From: Candidatus Cloacimonadota bacterium
GTDB taxonomy: Bacteria > Cloacimonadota > Cloacimonadia > Cloacimonadales > WRIO01
Assembly: GCA_029564175.1 (NCBI GenBank)
Contig: JAKQQL010000365.1
Location: 1-37,101 of the forward strand
Direction of reading: 5' to 3'
DNA length: 37,101 nt
Below are positions 36,163 through 37,101 of this stretch, in pieces (the first letter of the stretch is position 1; each line of letters opens with the position of its first letter). Below the pieces are notes generated by a model, which saw nothing but the letters and a program-made list of their open reading frames with translations, was not told where the DNA came from and did not search any database. A program made the position numbers and the translations under genes.

Positions 36163-36909
36163 TTAAAATCCATGTTTTTTGAGTATTTTATTGACAGTGC
36201 CGTCAGTGGTAATCTTTTCAAGACCACTATTGAATGCTTTAACCAATCGTGTAGAATTTCTGGCATTTTTACCAAAACAAACATAGAGTTTATGGTTGAT
36301 CAGCGGTTTGTCTATATAATCTATTTCTCCAGCTTTTTCTTTAAATGATTTATTGATGAGATACAATCCAACAAACTTATCAGCGACTAACAGATCGATA
36401 CGTTTATTGAGAAGCTTATTGATATTTGTTGCATCATCAACGGCCTCGTCCTTTTTAAGCCAGGTCGCCTTATCAAATTTTTCTTCATTGACATAACCTC
36501 TGACGACTCCGATATTATATTTCTTCAGATCTTCATATTGATTATAACTGATCTTGTCTGCTTTTCTTTTAAAGAAAACAATAGGGCCTCCAGGAAATCC
36601 CTGAGAAAAAATCGAATGTTCTTCTACTTCTTTTGCATAATATTCTGGAAAGTAACCATCTACTAAACCACGTTTTGCCATGTCAACTGTTCTTGCCCAT
36701 GGGTAATACTGAAATGTGACAGTGATGCCTTCTCTTTTGAATGCTTCTCTGACAATTTCAGCAACATAACCTTCTCCAGGTAAAGATTTGCCAATGTAGG
36801 GTTCCCATTCAAGTGTTGCCAGAACGATCTTTTCCTGGGCATAAAGAAATCCAAAAAGCATCATTACAGTAACCAGGCTAAGTATGAGTTTTCTTTGTAA
36901 TCCTTTCAT
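36163..36909 (-). CDS. periplasmic substrate-binding protein, family 3 (PBP2 fold)
   Basis: Signal peptide, EWEPY, G...EIVREAF, YPWAR, IGVVRGY, RIDL, FNSGLEKI..DG...KILKK. Confidence 0.85.
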   Translation of the reverse strand: MKGLQRKLILSLVTVMMLFGFLYAQEKIVLATLEWEPYIGKSLPGEGYVAEIVREAFKREGITVTFQYYPWARTVDMAKRGLVDGYFPEYYAKEVEEHSIFSQGFPGGPIVFFKRKADKISYNQYEDLKKYNIGVVRGYVNEEKFDKATWLKKDEAVDDATNINKLLNKRIDLLVADKFVGLYLINKSFKEKAGEIDYIDKPLINHKLYVCFGKNARNSTRLVKAFNSGLEKITTDGTVNKILKKHGF

Positions 36910-37086
36910 GTGTCCTCCTTTTTGATAAAATACTTATAAAAAAGAGAAAAGCGAATTATTACTCATGTTTCCGAGTTGTATAACTGATTAAAAAATAGTA
37001 AGATAGCAAAAATAAAGTTTGACAAAAAGTCTCCTTAAGTTATTGTTGTATTAGAAGTTAAACAAAACAAAAAGGAGACTCAATAA

Positions 37087-37101
37087 ATGAAAAATTCATT
37101 T
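37087..37101 (+). CDS. start of a gene leaving the window (MKKFI...)
   Basis: AAGGAG RBS then ATG at 37087; TTGACA upstream at 37019-37024. Confidence 0.5.

Overview
AT-rich bacterial chromosomal window. Gene content suggests an anaerobic diderm such as Cloacimonadota (inference only: several secreted proteins with FlgD/T9SS-type C-terminal sorting domains, Na+-translocating decarboxylase beta subunit, bifurcating flavoenzyme). Left: an outer-membrane beta-barrel, a three-gene NuoE/NuoF/GltD-NuoG-like operon with the architecture of the Sporomusa-type electron-bifurcating transhydrogenase StnABC, small metabolic genes, oadB plus an unlisted oadG-like ORF, and a secreted deiminase. Middle (16.8-22.5 kb): an accessory island with several families of non-autonomous repeats and three damaged secreted-protein genes. 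Two of these look like the two halves of one GLUG-type beta-helix, each with its own signal peptide; one half carries a sorting domain, the other a CLec/FGE domain with a DGR-VR-like tail. Right: radA and the conserved rimP-nusA-ylxR-ylxQ-infB-rbfA-nrnA-truB-ribF cluster (IF2 has a 21-aa tandem repeat, RbfA a 52-aa acidic tail). Most striking signal: a GTAN-hairpin REP-like family that is common between genes also sits in frame inside the Stn-like genes (five copies at three sites), adding peptide loops. No transposase, reverse transcriptase, CRISPR, tRNA or rRNA was recognised.
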